A stretch of DNA of 64,000 nucleotides from Bdellovibrionales bacterium (GCA_031370005.1 JANMPT010000050.1:14829-78828); one strand, 5' to 3'. Shown: positions 1-9,968, counted from the first letter of the stretch. Translations and numbers: made by a program. Notes: a model not told the origin generated them from the letters alone.

Positions 1-1
1 T

Positions 2-181
2 CGCGATGAAAGTCCTAACGGAAAGAAGATTGCTGAGGCTACATACAAAATGGGAGTTTCATTTCAGGAACTAGGTATGAAAGACGAAGCCAGGACTTTC
101 TATGATGAACTTGTTTCTAAATATCCGAGTTCCAATGAAGCGAAAAAAGCCAAAGTTCGTTTGAAACGCCTTAAAAAATAA
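2..181 (+). CDS. cpoB: 3' end of a TPR protein, likely Tol-Pal associated CpoB/YbgF (5'-truncated by window)
   Basis: Frame 2 reads RDESPNGKKIAEATYKMGVSFQELGMKDEARTFYDELVSKYPSSNEAKKAKVRLKRLKK*, resembling the YbgF C-terminal TPR (A-x-YK-x-G...YP-x-S-x-x-A). Confidence 0.7.
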   Translation, partial: RDESPNGKKIAEATYKMGVSFQELGMKDEARTFYDELVSKYPSSNEAKKAKVRLKRLKK

Positions 182-192
182 AAGAGCGAAAA

Positions 193-1248
193 ATGGATCG
201 AGTCCTCGCCATTGAAACGAGCTGTGATGATACCTCTGTGGCAATCGTTGAGCATACAGGTTGGGTTCATTCAGTTGTTTCGGCAAGTCAAGACTTAGAG
301 CATGCACCCTACGGAGGAATAGTTCCGGAGATTGCCTGTCGTAACCACTCGATTGCACTTCTTCCACTTATCGAAGAGGCCTTGAAAAAAGCTCAGATGA
401 CTTGGACAGATATTCCGGCCATTGCTGTCACGAACCGTCCTGGCCTTGTGGGGGCATTGATTGTTGGTCTTGTGACGGCAAAAAGCATTGCTCAAGCCCG
501 CAACATTCCATTTATTGGGGTGAACCATCTTGAGGGGCATCTGCTTGCGCCCTTCTTGAAAGATGCTCAGTATTCTCCGCCAGAAGATTTTGATTACCCC
601 TACGTCGGCCTCGCCATTAGTGGCGGGCATACGAGTCTTTATTATATTCAGGGTATTGGTAATTACGAAGTTCTTGGTTCTACTAAGGATGATGCAGCCG
701 GGGAGGCGTTTGATAAATTTGCTAAGATGGCAGGACTTGGTTTTCCTGGAGGTATTCGCGTTGATCGCGAAGCTCAGAATGGAAATCCCAAGGTCTATGA
801 CTTTCCACGCAGTATGATTCATGAAGATACTTTTGATATGAGTTTCTCGGGTTTAAAATCTGCTGGACAAAGAATGCTTGAGCAAATGGGGCCTGATGAG
901 GTGAAAAAAAATTTGCCCGATCTTTGTGCGTCCTTTCAAGAAGCCATCGTGGATGTCTTGATTACGAAGCTTGAGAAAGCAGCAAAACAATTTAAATCAA
1001 AGAGAGTGATTTTAACCGGCGGAGTGAGTGCAAATTCTCGATTGCGAGCCCGCGCCGAGGACTGGGCAAAGCGGAAAAGCTTTAGACTTGTCATTCCACC
1101 ACTGAGATACTGTACGGATAATGCGGCGATGATCGGCTACGTCGGCGTTTTAAGACTGAACCGTGGTGAGACTTCTGATTTGGATCTCGGTCCCTCTCCG
1201 CGGAGTTTGCCTCAAGATTTTAACTTAAAAACAATGGCTAAACCATGA
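193..1248 (+). CDS. tsaD: tRNA N6-threonylcarbamoyladenosine synthase TsaD
   Basis: IETSCDDT, GGIVPE, NHLEGH, SGGHT, DDAAGEAFDK, SFSGLK, GGVSAN, CTDNAAMI motifs. Confidence 0.97.
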   Translation: MDRVLAIETSCDDTSVAIVEHTGWVHSVVSASQDLEHAPYGGIVPEIACRNHSIALLPLIEEALKKAQMTWTDIPAIAVTNRPGLVGALIVGLVTAKSIAQARNIPFIGVNHLEGHLLAPFLKDAQYSPPEDFDYPYVGLAISGGHTSLYYIQGIGNYEVLGSTKDDAAGEAFDKFAKMAGLGFPGGIRVDREAQNGNPKVYDFPRSMIHEDTFDMSFSGLKSAGQRMLEQMGPDEVKKNLPDLCASFQEAIVDVLITKLEKAAKQFKSKRVILTGGVSANSRLRARAEDWAKRKSFRLVIPPLRYCTDNAAMIGYVGVLRLNRGETSDLDLGPSPRSLPQDFNLKTMAKP

Positions 1249-2090
1249 GTACTGCTCGCGAGCGACTTCGAGAAGTGCAGGAGGCCCTTGGCATCGCTGC
1301 GAAAAGATCTCTTGGGCAAAATTTTTTGGTCAGTGATTTGGTCATCGAAAAAATTATTAATAAATCTAAGGGTTTTCATCCTGCAGTTTTAATTGAAGTG
1401 GGGCCGGGACCTGGAGCCCTGACTTATTTTCTTAGAAAAATGGAATGTGACTTTCTGGTAATAGAACTTGATCGCACGCTAGCTCAGTACTGGAGAGATC
1501 AGGGATTGCGCGTGGTGGAGGGGGATGCGCTTCAGATTGATTGGACAGATTTTTACCTGAATCCTGGAAAAAAAATTCTAGTCAGTAATCTTCCCTATCA
1601 GATTTCTTCGAGCATTGTGATTGAACGCTGCTTGGACAGTTGTTTGGATAAAAATGGTGGTCTTGATCATATGGTATTAATGTTCCAAAAAGAAGTGGCG
1701 CAAAGAATAGCTGCAAAAGCCAAATCCGAGAACTATGGGTTTCTCACGGTCATGGCACAAACCTTTTGGAAAACAGAAACTGTAGCCGAAGCCGGTCCTC
1801 GGGACTTTTTACCACCACCAAGAGTGGCATCACGGGTTTTGGGCTTCACTCGCAAACCAAGTCCACTAAAAAACCCAAAGTCATATCTTGCTTTTGTCAA
1901 AGCGGCCTTTGCTCAGCGTCGTAAGCTTTTAAAGAAAAATATCTCTTCTCTTTGCAGTCAAAAGGGAATAGCTGAAGAACAGCTGGTTGTTTGGATTACG
2001 GAGATGGGCTTTACTGAGACCGCCCGTGCCGAAGAACTGACACCTGAGCAGTTTGTAACTCTTTATAAAAAATTTGGATTTGAAGTATGA
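1245..2090 (+). CDS. rsmA: 16S rRNA adenine dimethyltransferase RsmA/KsgA
   Basis: LGQNFL, EVGPGPGALT, SNLPYQISS, MFQKEVA, FLPPPRV, QRRK, RAEEL. Confidence 0.96.
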   Translation: MSTARERLREVQEALGIAAKRSLGQNFLVSDLVIEKIINKSKGFHPAVLIEVGPGPGALTYFLRKMECDFLVIELDRTLAQYWRDQGLRVVEGDALQIDWTDFYLNPGKKILVSNLPYQISSSIVIERCLDSCLDKNGGLDHMVLMFQKEVAQRIAAKAKSENYGFLTVMAQTFWKTETVAEAGPRDFLPPPRVASRVLGFTRKPSPLKNPKSYLAFVKAAFAQRRKLLKKNISSLCSQKGIAEEQLVVWITEMGFTETARAEELTPEQFVTLYKKFGFEV

Positions 2091-2539
2091 GTATTTTAAT
2101 CATCCAAGAAAATAAAACAGCCAGATTCCACTATGAGATCATCGACACCTTCGAGGCAGGATTGATGCTGACTGGAAGCGAAGTGAAAGCGCTTCGCGAG
2201 AAGAATGTGCAGTTGAAAGACTCCTATGTGGCTTTTCGCGGCGACGAAGCTTTTTTGCAAAATGCTCATATCAGTGTTTATAAAGCTAGCAGTTATAATA
2301 ATCATGAACCTGAGCGGCTGCGAAAACTTCTGCTAAATCGTATTGAGCTTGACCGCATTTATGATGCGCTTCGTGAAAAAGGTTATAGCTGCGTTCCCTT
2401 AAAGATTTACTTCAAGAAAGGCCGCGCCAAACTAGAGATTGCCCTGGTGAAGGGCAAAAAGACTCATGATAAGCGCGAGGCAATTAAGAAGCGCGACGTC
2501 GACGCTCAGCTTCGATCGACACTACGTCGTTCTCGTTAG
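2087..2539 (+). CDS. smpB: SsrA-binding protein SmpB
   Basis: NKTARFHY, EAGLMLTGSEVK, RLRKLLL, KGKKTHDKRE. Confidence 0.97.
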   Translation: MSILIIQENKTARFHYEIIDTFEAGLMLTGSEVKALREKNVQLKDSYVAFRGDEAFLQNAHISVYKASSYNNHEPERLRKLLLNRIELDRIYDALREKGYSCVPLKIYFKKGRAKLEIALVKGKKTHDKREAIKKRDVDAQLRSTLRRSR

Positions 2540-3164
2540 TTTTTGTTCCATTGAATTCTTCAAAGGGAAGTTCTTGCATTCCAAGGCGGGATCTATTGAT
2601 CATGATTAAATTTTTCCAAGCCGCATAGGCCTCCCGATTTTGCGGATCAATGGAAAACCTCTCGATTAGTTTCAATTCAGCTTCAGCATTGGCCTTTAAG
2701 GAACGATAGAAATAATCATAGGTCAGTGCCAGGTCGCGGAAGTCGTCATCGGTGGCGATTTTATAGTCGGGGATATGCCAGTGACCGTACATAAGTTCTT
2801 TCATATGTTTTTCCATTTGCATTAATGGCGCTAATAGATTTTTTGTCATACGAAGGCCAATAAGTAGGGTCATCCCTGCGACAAGGCACAGGCTAAGAAC
2901 CATAAAGACTTCAAGCCAAATCACTTCACGTTCAAGATGGGTTACAAGAGCGGGCTGAGTATCATAGGCAAGTTTCGTAAACAGTGTGTAATTCTGATTG
3001 ATAAAATAATATGCGGGTGCGAAGAAAAGCAGGACCCCACCGATGACAGAGGTCATTAAAAACAGTGTGTACTTGTATTGAAAGGCTCTGTTTAGAATTA
3101 TCTTCCGTGATCGTTTACTAGATCGGCGCGATTGTGACTCGTAAATTCTTTTTCCGTACAGCAT
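2484..3164 (-). CDS. two-TM membrane protein with HAMP-like domain, no output domain
   Basis: Two hydrophobic segments, then LLAPLMQMEKHMKELMYG...DDDFRDLA (HAMP-like). Confidence 0.6.
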   Translation of the reverse strand: MLYGKRIYESQSRRSSKRSRKIILNRAFQYKYTLFLMTSVIGGVLLFFAPAYYFINQNYTLFTKLAYDTQPALVTHLEREVIWLEVFMVLSLCLVAGMTLLIGLRMTKNLLAPLMQMEKHMKELMYGHWHIPDYKIATDDDFRDLALTYDYFYRSLKANAEAELKLIERFSIDPQNREAYAAWKNLIMINRSRLGMQELPFEEFNGTKTNENDVVSIEAERRRRAS

Positions 3165-3170
3165 ATATAC

Positions 3171-3197
3171 TTATCGACAGATTGTGTTTTCTTTGAA
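3171..3197 (-). promoter_or_regulatory. putative sigma28 (FliA) promoter, leaderless transcript
   Basis: Minus strand reads TTCA-N15-GTCGATAA; the ATG of 2484..3164 lies 6 nt downstream of the -10. Confidence 0.55.
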
Positions 3198-3245
3198 GTC
3201 CAATTATTCTCAATGTGAGTCGGTTTTGGCTCTAGGAGGTTTTTA

Positions 3246-3896
3246 ATGGGACTTTGGTCGAAGAAAATAAAATATTTAACAGTGTTTTACATTGGAAGCA
3301 TGATTTTTGCCCTAGGCTGTCAAAATTCCACTAAAAGAAATGAAAACTCCTCGTCTCTAAATGAGAATGCGCCATTAGTGGACGAAAAGTACAGCCTGAC
3401 CGCAGATCGGCAGCAGTTTGATGAGTTGCGCAAAAATATTCCGGAAGAAAAGAAAAAAGAAAACGATGAGCTTGCTTTTATGAGTCAACTCTTCAGTGAT
3501 GAAAAGAAAGCCCCCGCTCAGATTCGCGAGAAGTTTGATTCCATTCTACGCAAGAAACGTGAGATTTTCCAAAAAGATATGACCAGGGCCCGTGAGACTT
3601 ATGTGAAAGAGGAAAAGAAGCGCAAAGAGGCATTCACAAAAGAGCAGGAGGAGGCGCGCGTCGATTTCAAAAAACAAAAATCTTCACGTGACTCCACCGC
3701 TGAGTTTTACAGCGATCTTGATGCCAAAAGGAAAGAATTTTACTCAAATGAACGAGATCAGCGCGATGAATTTGAGTCCGACATACGTGATAAACGAAAA
3801 AACTTTGACGATTATGCAAGGGAAAAAAGCAATGAGTTCAATCAAGAGCTTAGAGCGTATACCAAACGTATTGAGGAAGTTAAAAAAGCGAACTAG
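3246..3896 (+). CDS. putative lipoprotein with long charged coiled coil
   Basis: AGGAGG RBS, lipobox ALGC, E/K/R-rich helical body. Confidence 0.7.
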   Translation: MGLWSKKIKYLTVFYIGSMIFALGCQNSTKRNENSSSLNENAPLVDEKYSLTADRQQFDELRKNIPEEKKKENDELAFMSQLFSDEKKAPAQIREKFDSILRKKREIFQKDMTRARETYVKEEKKRKEAFTKEQEEARVDFKKQKSSRDSTAEFYSDLDAKRKEFYSNERDQRDEFESDIRDKRKNFDDYAREKSNEFNQELRAYTKRIEEVKKAN

Positions 3897-4594
3897 TTTT
3901 TTGTGTTCAATCTCGAAAAGAACTCACGGTGTAGATCCATTGTGATTGCAAAAAGTTTACCCTCGAGCATTGAGGTCAGAGGTTTAAATTCTATACCAAA
4001 TATTTGCTTGATCGCTGAAGCACGGTTTTCGATTTTGTGATGGTTCACAGTAGCTTCGATTTCCAGAGACTCTCTATTTCCAATTGTGATGTGACCCTCA
4101 AGGCGATCTCCTGATTCTAAAATAGGTGCGTTCGCGACAAGAGCAATGCGGCACCCGCCGCTGCTTAAATCAAGGAGTTGTCCTTTTAATTTGGTGGGAA
4201 TTTTATTGTGTACAGAAATCAGCAGGCTTGCCTTATAACTTTCGGGGATTTTAATGCGATAGTTTTGGCGACGTTGAAGTCGGAAAAGGTCTGTATCCAT
4301 TCTAAGGATCACAAGGTCGCCCTCAATACTGACAGGGGTTTTAAAGAAATAGCGTTCGCCGCCGAGAAAAAAACTTCCTAGGACGTCGACTTCTTTTTGG
4401 GGCTGTGGAAAGCCAAGTGGCACAGAACAGTGCAACTGCTGCTCCCCTGAAGTGGCCATAACAAGGAAGCGAAAGAGGGTCGGGCTTTCACCTTTGACAG
4501 TGATTTCACCTCGGACATTTGCAAGGTCCTTGAAAAGACTCACACGCTCATCGGGGCGTAGTTTCGAAAAAATGTCTGTAATATTTTGGCTCAC
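3893..4594 (-). CDS. PilZ-domain c-di-GMP receptor (YcgR-like architecture)
   Basis: QRRQNYR (RxxxR) and DLSSGG (DxSxxG) intact; C-terminal FGIEF. Confidence 0.88.
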   Translation of the reverse strand: MSQNITDIFSKLRPDERVSLFKDLANVRGEITVKGESPTLFRFLVMATSGEQQLHCSVPLGFPQPQKEVDVLGSFFLGGERYFFKTPVSIEGDLVILRMDTDLFRLQRRQNYRIKIPESYKASLLISVHNKIPTKLKGQLLDLSSGGCRIALVANAPILESGDRLEGHITIGNRESLEIEATVNHHKIENRASAIKQIFGIEFKPLTSMLEGKLFAITMDLHREFFSRLNTKN

Positions 4595-4706
4595 GCATAG
4601 ATAATACCTTAAGGGTTTGCAAAGAGTCAGACCTTTTTTTAGTCCCTAGTATTGAAAGAACTTTCTCAAAATAAGAAGTCTCAAATCAAGAATTTAAATT
4701 TTTTGT

Positions 4707-4734
4707 TAAAGTTCTGTGAAATTCCAACCGATAT
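4707..4734 (+). promoter_or_regulatory. putative sigma28 promoter of the NHL lipoprotein gene
   Basis: TAAAG-N15-ACCGATAT. Confidence 0.6.
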
Positions 4735-4776
4735 TATACATAACGTATAAATTACGATAGGATTGAGGGCACTTAA

Positions 4777-5997
4777 ATGAGACATCAAAAACAGACGCTT
4801 AGACATCTGACATACAATATACTGTTGTTATTTTTTAGCGGACTTTTATTTGGATGTTCTGCCCCACCGAGCTCGACTGCGGTGTCTTCCGCTTCCCAAA
4901 CACCTACACCTACGCCTGCACCGTCTGCATGTTCAGGGGTCGCCACAACTTTTTCTACTGGCATGAATGCCAGTGTTGTTGTTGGTCAGTCAAGTTTTAC
5001 CGCATCTACGTCGAACGCTGGAGGCGCAGTGAGTGCAGCTGGCTACAACAGGCCAGTGGGAGTGTGGGTTGCAGGCAGCAAGCTGTATGCTGGTGATGCC
5101 AATAATAACAGGGTTTTGGTCTACAATTCGATTCCAACCAGCAATGGAGTTACTGCGGATGTGGTAATAGGTCAGCCGAATTTTACCACTAGTACGGGTG
5201 GAACAACTGCCGCATTGCTCAATGGAACCCAAAATGTTTTTGCCGATACGACTTATTTGATCACACCTGAATTTTCGAATAGTCGAATTACCTTTTGGCC
5301 CCTGGCAAGTTTAGCTAACGGGATGAGTGCAAGTTATCAGTGGGGTCAGCCAGACTTTGTTTCAAGTACAGTTAATAATGGAGGCATTGGCGCCGGAACT
5401 TTAAAAAATCCGACGTCCATTATTCATGTGGGAACAAAGTATATTGCCGCGGATGCAGGAAACAATCGGGTTCTGATTTATGATACATCCAGCGTTGTTT
5501 CTAGACAATCAGCAGTGGTTGTAATTGGCCAGCCGGACATGACTAGCAATACGAGTGGCAGCTCTACAAGCCAGTTGAACTTCCCTCTTGGAGTGGCTTC
5601 GGATGGAAGCAAACTAATAATTGTTGATTCCAGTAATAATCGAGCACTTATTTATAATACAATTCCAACAACCAATGGGGCCGCAGCGGATGTGATACTC
5701 GGTGGTTTGGGAACAGATGCCTCTCATATGAGTAGCCCAGTGGGTGCCATTTATAGTGGAACAAAGTTATTTATATCAGACCGTAGTAATCATCGAGTCT
5801 TGATATGGAATACTTTGCCGACCGCAAACTACATTGCGGCAGACATTGCCTTGGGTCAGGTTGATATGATTTCCGTTGCGTCAAATCGTGGCGGAGCTGC
5901 AGGCTCTAATACGTTGGCAAGTCCTCACTTTTTACAATTTGATGGATGCCGACTTTACGTTGCAGACAGAGACAATCACAGGATTTTGATATACTAA
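4777..5997 (+). CDS. NHL-repeat beta-propeller lipoprotein
   Basis: Lipobox LFGC, S/T/P-rich linker, about six repeats of xxxD..N(N/H)RVLIY...ADVVIGQP(D/N)F. Confidence 0.85.
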   Translation: MRHQKQTLRHLTYNILLLFFSGLLFGCSAPPSSTAVSSASQTPTPTPAPSACSGVATTFSTGMNASVVVGQSSFTASTSNAGGAVSAAGYNRPVGVWVAGSKLYAGDANNNRVLVYNSIPTSNGVTADVVIGQPNFTTSTGGTTAALLNGTQNVFADTTYLITPEFSNSRITFWPLASLANGMSASYQWGQPDFVSSTVNNGGIGAGTLKNPTSIIHVGTKYIAADAGNNRVLIYDTSSVVSRQSAVVVIGQPDMTSNTSGSSTSQLNFPLGVASDGSKLIIVDSSNNRALIYNTIPTTNGAAADVILGGLGTDASHMSSPVGAIYSGTKLFISDRSNHRVLIWNTLPTANYIAADIALGQVDMISVASNRGGAAGSNTLASPHFLQFDGCRLYVADRDNHRILIY

Positions 5998-6102
5998 AAT
6001 CGCCCTGAATTTCCAAATTGAAAAAAAATCAAAAATAGAATAATTCGCGACACCTTACTGCGGCATTTATTGGCTGTTTGCCACCACAAGTGGCAAGCGC
6101 GG

Positions 6103-6118
6103 TGGCATATTTTTCGCT
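6103..6118 (+). promoter_or_regulatory. putative sigma54 -24/-12 promoter
   Basis: TGGCATATTTTTCGCT: GG-N10-GC spacing exact, about 37 nt before ATG 6155. Confidence 0.55.
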
Positions 6119-6154
6119 AGGCAATTCCTTGTTGTCTCATTGGAAAGGTCCTCA

Positions 6155-7372
6155 ATGCAGCTCAAGGGTTTTTTATGCTTAGTCGTAATTTTACTGAGTG
6201 CATTTTGCGCCCAGGCATTAACTTCGACCTCACTTTTACCTGCTGGCATCAATAGCCCCTCTATTCGAATGGGATATGTTCAGGGAATTGATGAGCATTA
6301 TACTGAAAATGGGACACTGATGAAGCTTGGCGACTATAAGTCAGTTGTTTTTGACGCCCCAACTCTTGCAAAGTTTAATAGCGACGCAAAAAAACTGATA
6401 ACTGCCTTAAATCGTTTTGGTTCTCAGGGCTTAGGTGATCAATTAAATCTAGGTGTTTTGAAAGTCGATACGGTGCCTTTGGTAAAGTATTATGCTCCGG
6501 TCTATGCTCGCGGAGTGTCTAGTAACTGGACAGTAGGTTTCGGTGTTCCAGTTGTGAATTATACAAATAAAATTAATCTCTCCACGCAGTTCTCGAACAT
6601 TGAGGCCTATCGACGTCAGTTTTCGGGTCTCGACGCTGAGCTGGATGCTGCTTTAAACACAAACCTAGGTACAGCAACTAACCAGGCGCTTCGCGATAAA
6701 GGCTATAAGTCTCTTGAAAGTAGAGATGAGACCTTTGTGGGAGATATTCAGTTAGTCAGCATGTATCGATTTTTTGAAGATGGACAGCAGGCCTTGGTTT
6801 ATCAAACTCAATTCGCACTTCCAACAGGGCCTAAATACAACCCAGATGATTTAGCGGCATTGAATAGCTTTGGTAGGACTTCGATAAATAATACTTTGGT
6901 GTTCTCACATAAGCTTAGCAAAGGTTTTACAGTTATTCCATACCTCGCGTACTTACTAAACATTCAAGATGATGTGACAGTGCGTGTGCCGAGCAATGAA
7001 AATGACACACTTCCGGATGAATCCACTAAAGAGAATTTGAAAAGGAATATTGGTAATACCACCGCCTTAGGGGGAAGTCTCGTTTATGATTTTAGTGATA
7101 GCTGGAGTTTAGGTGCTGGTTATGAATTATCTCAGAAGGAAAAAGATAGCTATCAAGGTTCTAAAGGCTCTAACTACAATCTCTTATCAGAAAAGACAGC
7201 GATAAGTGCTCAGCGCGCAAAAATGGAAATCACCTATAGCAGTGTAAAAAGTTATTTTAAGAAGGCGGCCTTAATCCCTACGATTCTGGCATTTGAAATC
7301 TCTGATGTTGTGGCCGGGGTGAATGTTGAAAGACAGCTCGTTCAAGAGCTGAACTTGATGTTGTTTTTTTAA
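6155..7372 (+). CDS. putative outer-membrane beta-barrel protein
   Basis: Signal peptide (AQA), amphipathic strands, C-terminal Phe. ATG 6155 preferred over TTG 6140. Confidence 0.6.
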   Translation: MQLKGFLCLVVILLSAFCAQALTSTSLLPAGINSPSIRMGYVQGIDEHYTENGTLMKLGDYKSVVFDAPTLAKFNSDAKKLITALNRFGSQGLGDQLNLGVLKVDTVPLVKYYAPVYARGVSSNWTVGFGVPVVNYTNKINLSTQFSNIEAYRRQFSGLDAELDAALNTNLGTATNQALRDKGYKSLESRDETFVGDIQLVSMYRFFEDGQQALVYQTQFALPTGPKYNPDDLAALNSFGRTSINNTLVFSHKLSKGFTVIPYLAYLLNIQDDVTVRVPSNENDTLPDESTKENLKRNIGNTTALGGSLVYDFSDSWSLGAGYELSQKEKDSYQGSKGSNYNLLSEKTAISAQRAKMEITYSSVKSYFKKAALIPTILAFEISDVVAGVNVERQLVQELNLMLFF

Positions 7373-7382
7373 GAGGGAATTT

Positions 7383-9950
7383 ATGCGAAACTGCACCAGG
7401 GTATTTTTAATATTATATATTGCTCTTCAAAGCGCGTGCGCGCCGAAGGCTCAAGATCGCCAGTACTTGCAACCCACTTTAGATTTTGGTCCACGCACTA
7501 AAGATGCGGATCTCAGTGGAAGCCTCAAAGAGGCAGATGTTTATAAGGCGAAGCTTTCTTGGCAAGGGCCCGTTCAAACCGCAAATTTTTTCCAACAGGC
7601 AGAGAATTTAATAATCCTTGGTAGAAAAACAGGTAACCAGGAGCTTGCGAACAAAGGTCTTTATTGGATCGAAAATTTCTATAAACGGCCAAAGACGAGC
7701 ACTTATATAGATTTTTCCAAGAGCCCGTTTGCAACTCTTGCGAGCACTCAAACCGAAGCTGAAGTTAGAAAGGCATTGGATGAAGTGCATGCGGATCTTG
7801 ATCGCTCACGGGCTTTGCTTAAGAGCAAGATCACCGCACTTGGTGAGAGTTACAAGTGGCCTGAGCCGGGCACTAATTTGAACCAGATTATTGAAAAGGC
7901 GGAGGCTTTTACCCAAGTGGTTTTAGATAATATAATTGCCATGGGTTTGTCTCCGGCTATTTCTGACGGCTTATGCCTCGAGCTTAAAAAGCAAACATCA
8001 AGTTTATTCACTGAAGTTCATGGCTTGATAAGCCAGCTATATGGTGCAAAACAGTTTTCACAAGGTCTGTCGTTAGTTGAGGCGGCAATTGCTGAGTTCA
8101 AGGTAGATCTTCCTCCTGAGACAGTGACGAGTATCAACCAAGGTCGTCTGATTGTTAAAGATTTAGATAATTTGAAGGACGCTCAGGCCGGGCTGACGGT
8201 TCTTATTGATATCTGGGGGATTCTGTCAGTTCAAGAACGTGTAGACTATTTCAAAAATGAAAGCCAGTCGCTTTATGATTTCCTATCAAAGCAGGATGCG
8301 AAAGATTTGAGTTGTCTACGGCTAGCGGGCTGCAATGGTGGAATTATTAATGGGATTGCAAAAAAGATTTTCATTTTTCCGAAAATCAAAGAGTACGGCA
8401 TTGAGCAATTACATGTAATGTTAAATGAGAAAACTTTGCAGTACATGCAGGGGCAAATAGAAAGCTTCGCTCGAGCTTTCTTGGTTACTTTACCGGCGAC
8501 ATTTATTACGCAAATTGATAGAGGCCTTGAGGACAAAGATAAAGAACTTCAATCTATTCAGAAAAATTATCCTGAATATCTGAAAGGCTTGTTGGGCAGC
8601 TGGGCTGATAAGGTACTTCCCGGCACAAATGGGAAAGTCGCTGGATTTGAAGTTCCTACGATTAATATACAAGTCTCTAGTAAAAATAAAATGCAGGTTG
8701 AGGCCGTAGGCAGTAATTTGGATTTAAAGGCTAATACAGCAGGGGCTTCAATGAACGCAAATGCATTATTTTTGCAAAACAGCCCGCTTCACGACGAATT
8801 TAAAATGAGCACTGCTTTGTCTCAAATTAATAAATTGATTGCCATTGGTGGCTATCGTGATGACGATCAGAAGTTGATTCATGCTCTGATGATGCCCATT
8901 GAAAAAACATTGGCACCTTTGGATTTGATGACATTTACCAAGTCCAATTATTCGTATCGCATTCCCGACAAAATAAAAATGCTGGACTCATTTCATGCCT
9001 CCGAAGAGCCTTACGAGAAAAACTTTTCAGCATCTGCATATGCGGAGCAGTTGAGTGGCCTTAGCCAAATGATTAACTTTACAGCCGATTGGAAGGGGAC
9101 GGGCTTTGAAGACAGCTTAGGTAAAATTAAAGCGCAGGAATTAACCTCTGAGATTAAAAATCCCGCTTTAGAAAGACCACTTTTCCCGAAAGATATGCTT
9201 TTTGCACTGAATATTGGAGACGCAGCGGTATTACTGAAGAATATTACAAAAAAATCAACGCCTGTGTTTTTGATCACACTAAATGAGAAAATTATTTGGG
9301 CAGATCAATATCAATCCGGGGGCGATGAAACGGCGATTATGGCTGGCTTGGTGGATATCAAAGAAGGCCAAAGGGCGACAACTGTGCAAGTACAAGACGT
9401 CGCTAAATTTTTACTTGCAATAGGCGAGTTTTTAAAAGCAACCGAGGGCGTTGAACACACTCAATCCTCCATTTTATTAGAAAAAGACATTTACGGAGTA
9501 ACGCCTCTGGCGACTCTTTTAGAGGGCCGCGAAGAGTTAAGACTTTTAACGATTGCGCTTGGGAATTTTATTTCAAGTCAAATGGTGAATGAGAAATCAT
9601 TCGTTCAGTCGACCTCTAGTTTGTTGAAAATGCAAAAGTCCGATAATAACAACTTTCAAATCGAAGACCAGGCCTTTGCAATCCGAGCCCTTATCTCTGC
9701 TTGGGAAATTACGCATATGGAAGTTTACTTGTGGTCAGCCCAAGAAATTTACTTTGCCATGAATAAGAATGCTTTTGACTCCAAAGAGCATTTTTATGTG
9801 AATAGCGATGGCTCTGGGTTGAGCTTTCCGCAAAAGATAAATGCCTTGCGAGCTTTGATTGAGCTGAAGCCAACTTTGCCACAAGCTAGCCAAAATCAGT
9901 TGGAGAGACTAATGGCACCTTGGCTGAGAGCCCTTGAAGAGTTACAGTAG
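7383..9950 (+). CDS. large hypothetical lipoprotein with C-terminal alpha-hairpin (six-hairpin/YyaL-like) segment
   Basis: Lipobox QSAC; DQAFAIRALISAWEITHMEVYLWSAQEIY...FDSKEHFY resembles alpha/alpha-toroid hairpins. Confidence 0.55.
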   Translation: MRNCTRVFLILYIALQSACAPKAQDRQYLQPTLDFGPRTKDADLSGSLKEADVYKAKLSWQGPVQTANFFQQAENLIILGRKTGNQELANKGLYWIENFYKRPKTSTYIDFSKSPFATLASTQTEAEVRKALDEVHADLDRSRALLKSKITALGESYKWPEPGTNLNQIIEKAEAFTQVVLDNIIAMGLSPAISDGLCLELKKQTSSLFTEVHGLISQLYGAKQFSQGLSLVEAAIAEFKVDLPPETVTSINQGRLIVKDLDNLKDAQAGLTVLIDIWGILSVQERVDYFKNESQSLYDFLSKQDAKDLSCLRLAGCNGGIINGIAKKIFIFPKIKEYGIEQLHVMLNEKTLQYMQGQIESFARAFLVTLPATFITQIDRGLEDKDKELQSIQKNYPEYLKGLLGSWADKVLPGTNGKVAGFEVPTINIQVSSKNKMQVEAVGSNLDLKANTAGASMNANALFLQNSPLHDEFKMSTALSQINKLIAIGGYRDDDQKLIHALMMPIEKTLAPLDLMTFTKSNYSYRIPDKIKMLDSFHASEEPYEKNFSASAYAEQLSGLSQMINFTADWKGTGFEDSLGKIKAQELTSEIKNPALERPLFPKDMLFALNIGDAAVLLKNITKKSTPVFLITLNEKIIWADQYQSGGDETAIMAGLVDIKEGQRATTVQVQDVAKFLLAIGEFLKATEGVEHTQSSILLEKDIYGVTPLATLLEGREELRLLTIALGNFISSQMVNEKSFVQSTSSLLKMQKSDNNNFQIEDQAFAIRALISAWEITHMEVYLWSAQEIYFAMNKNAFDSKEHFYVNSDGSGLSFPQKINALRALIELKPTLPQASQNQLERLMAPWLRALEELQ

Positions 9951-9968
9951 TCATGATAGGTTCAAGCC

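Noticed and set aside
4733..4760. dif-like sequence ATTATACATAA-CGTATA-AATTACGATAG
   Set aside because: Only one arm resembles an XerD site, and it overlaps an AT-rich promoter/leader.
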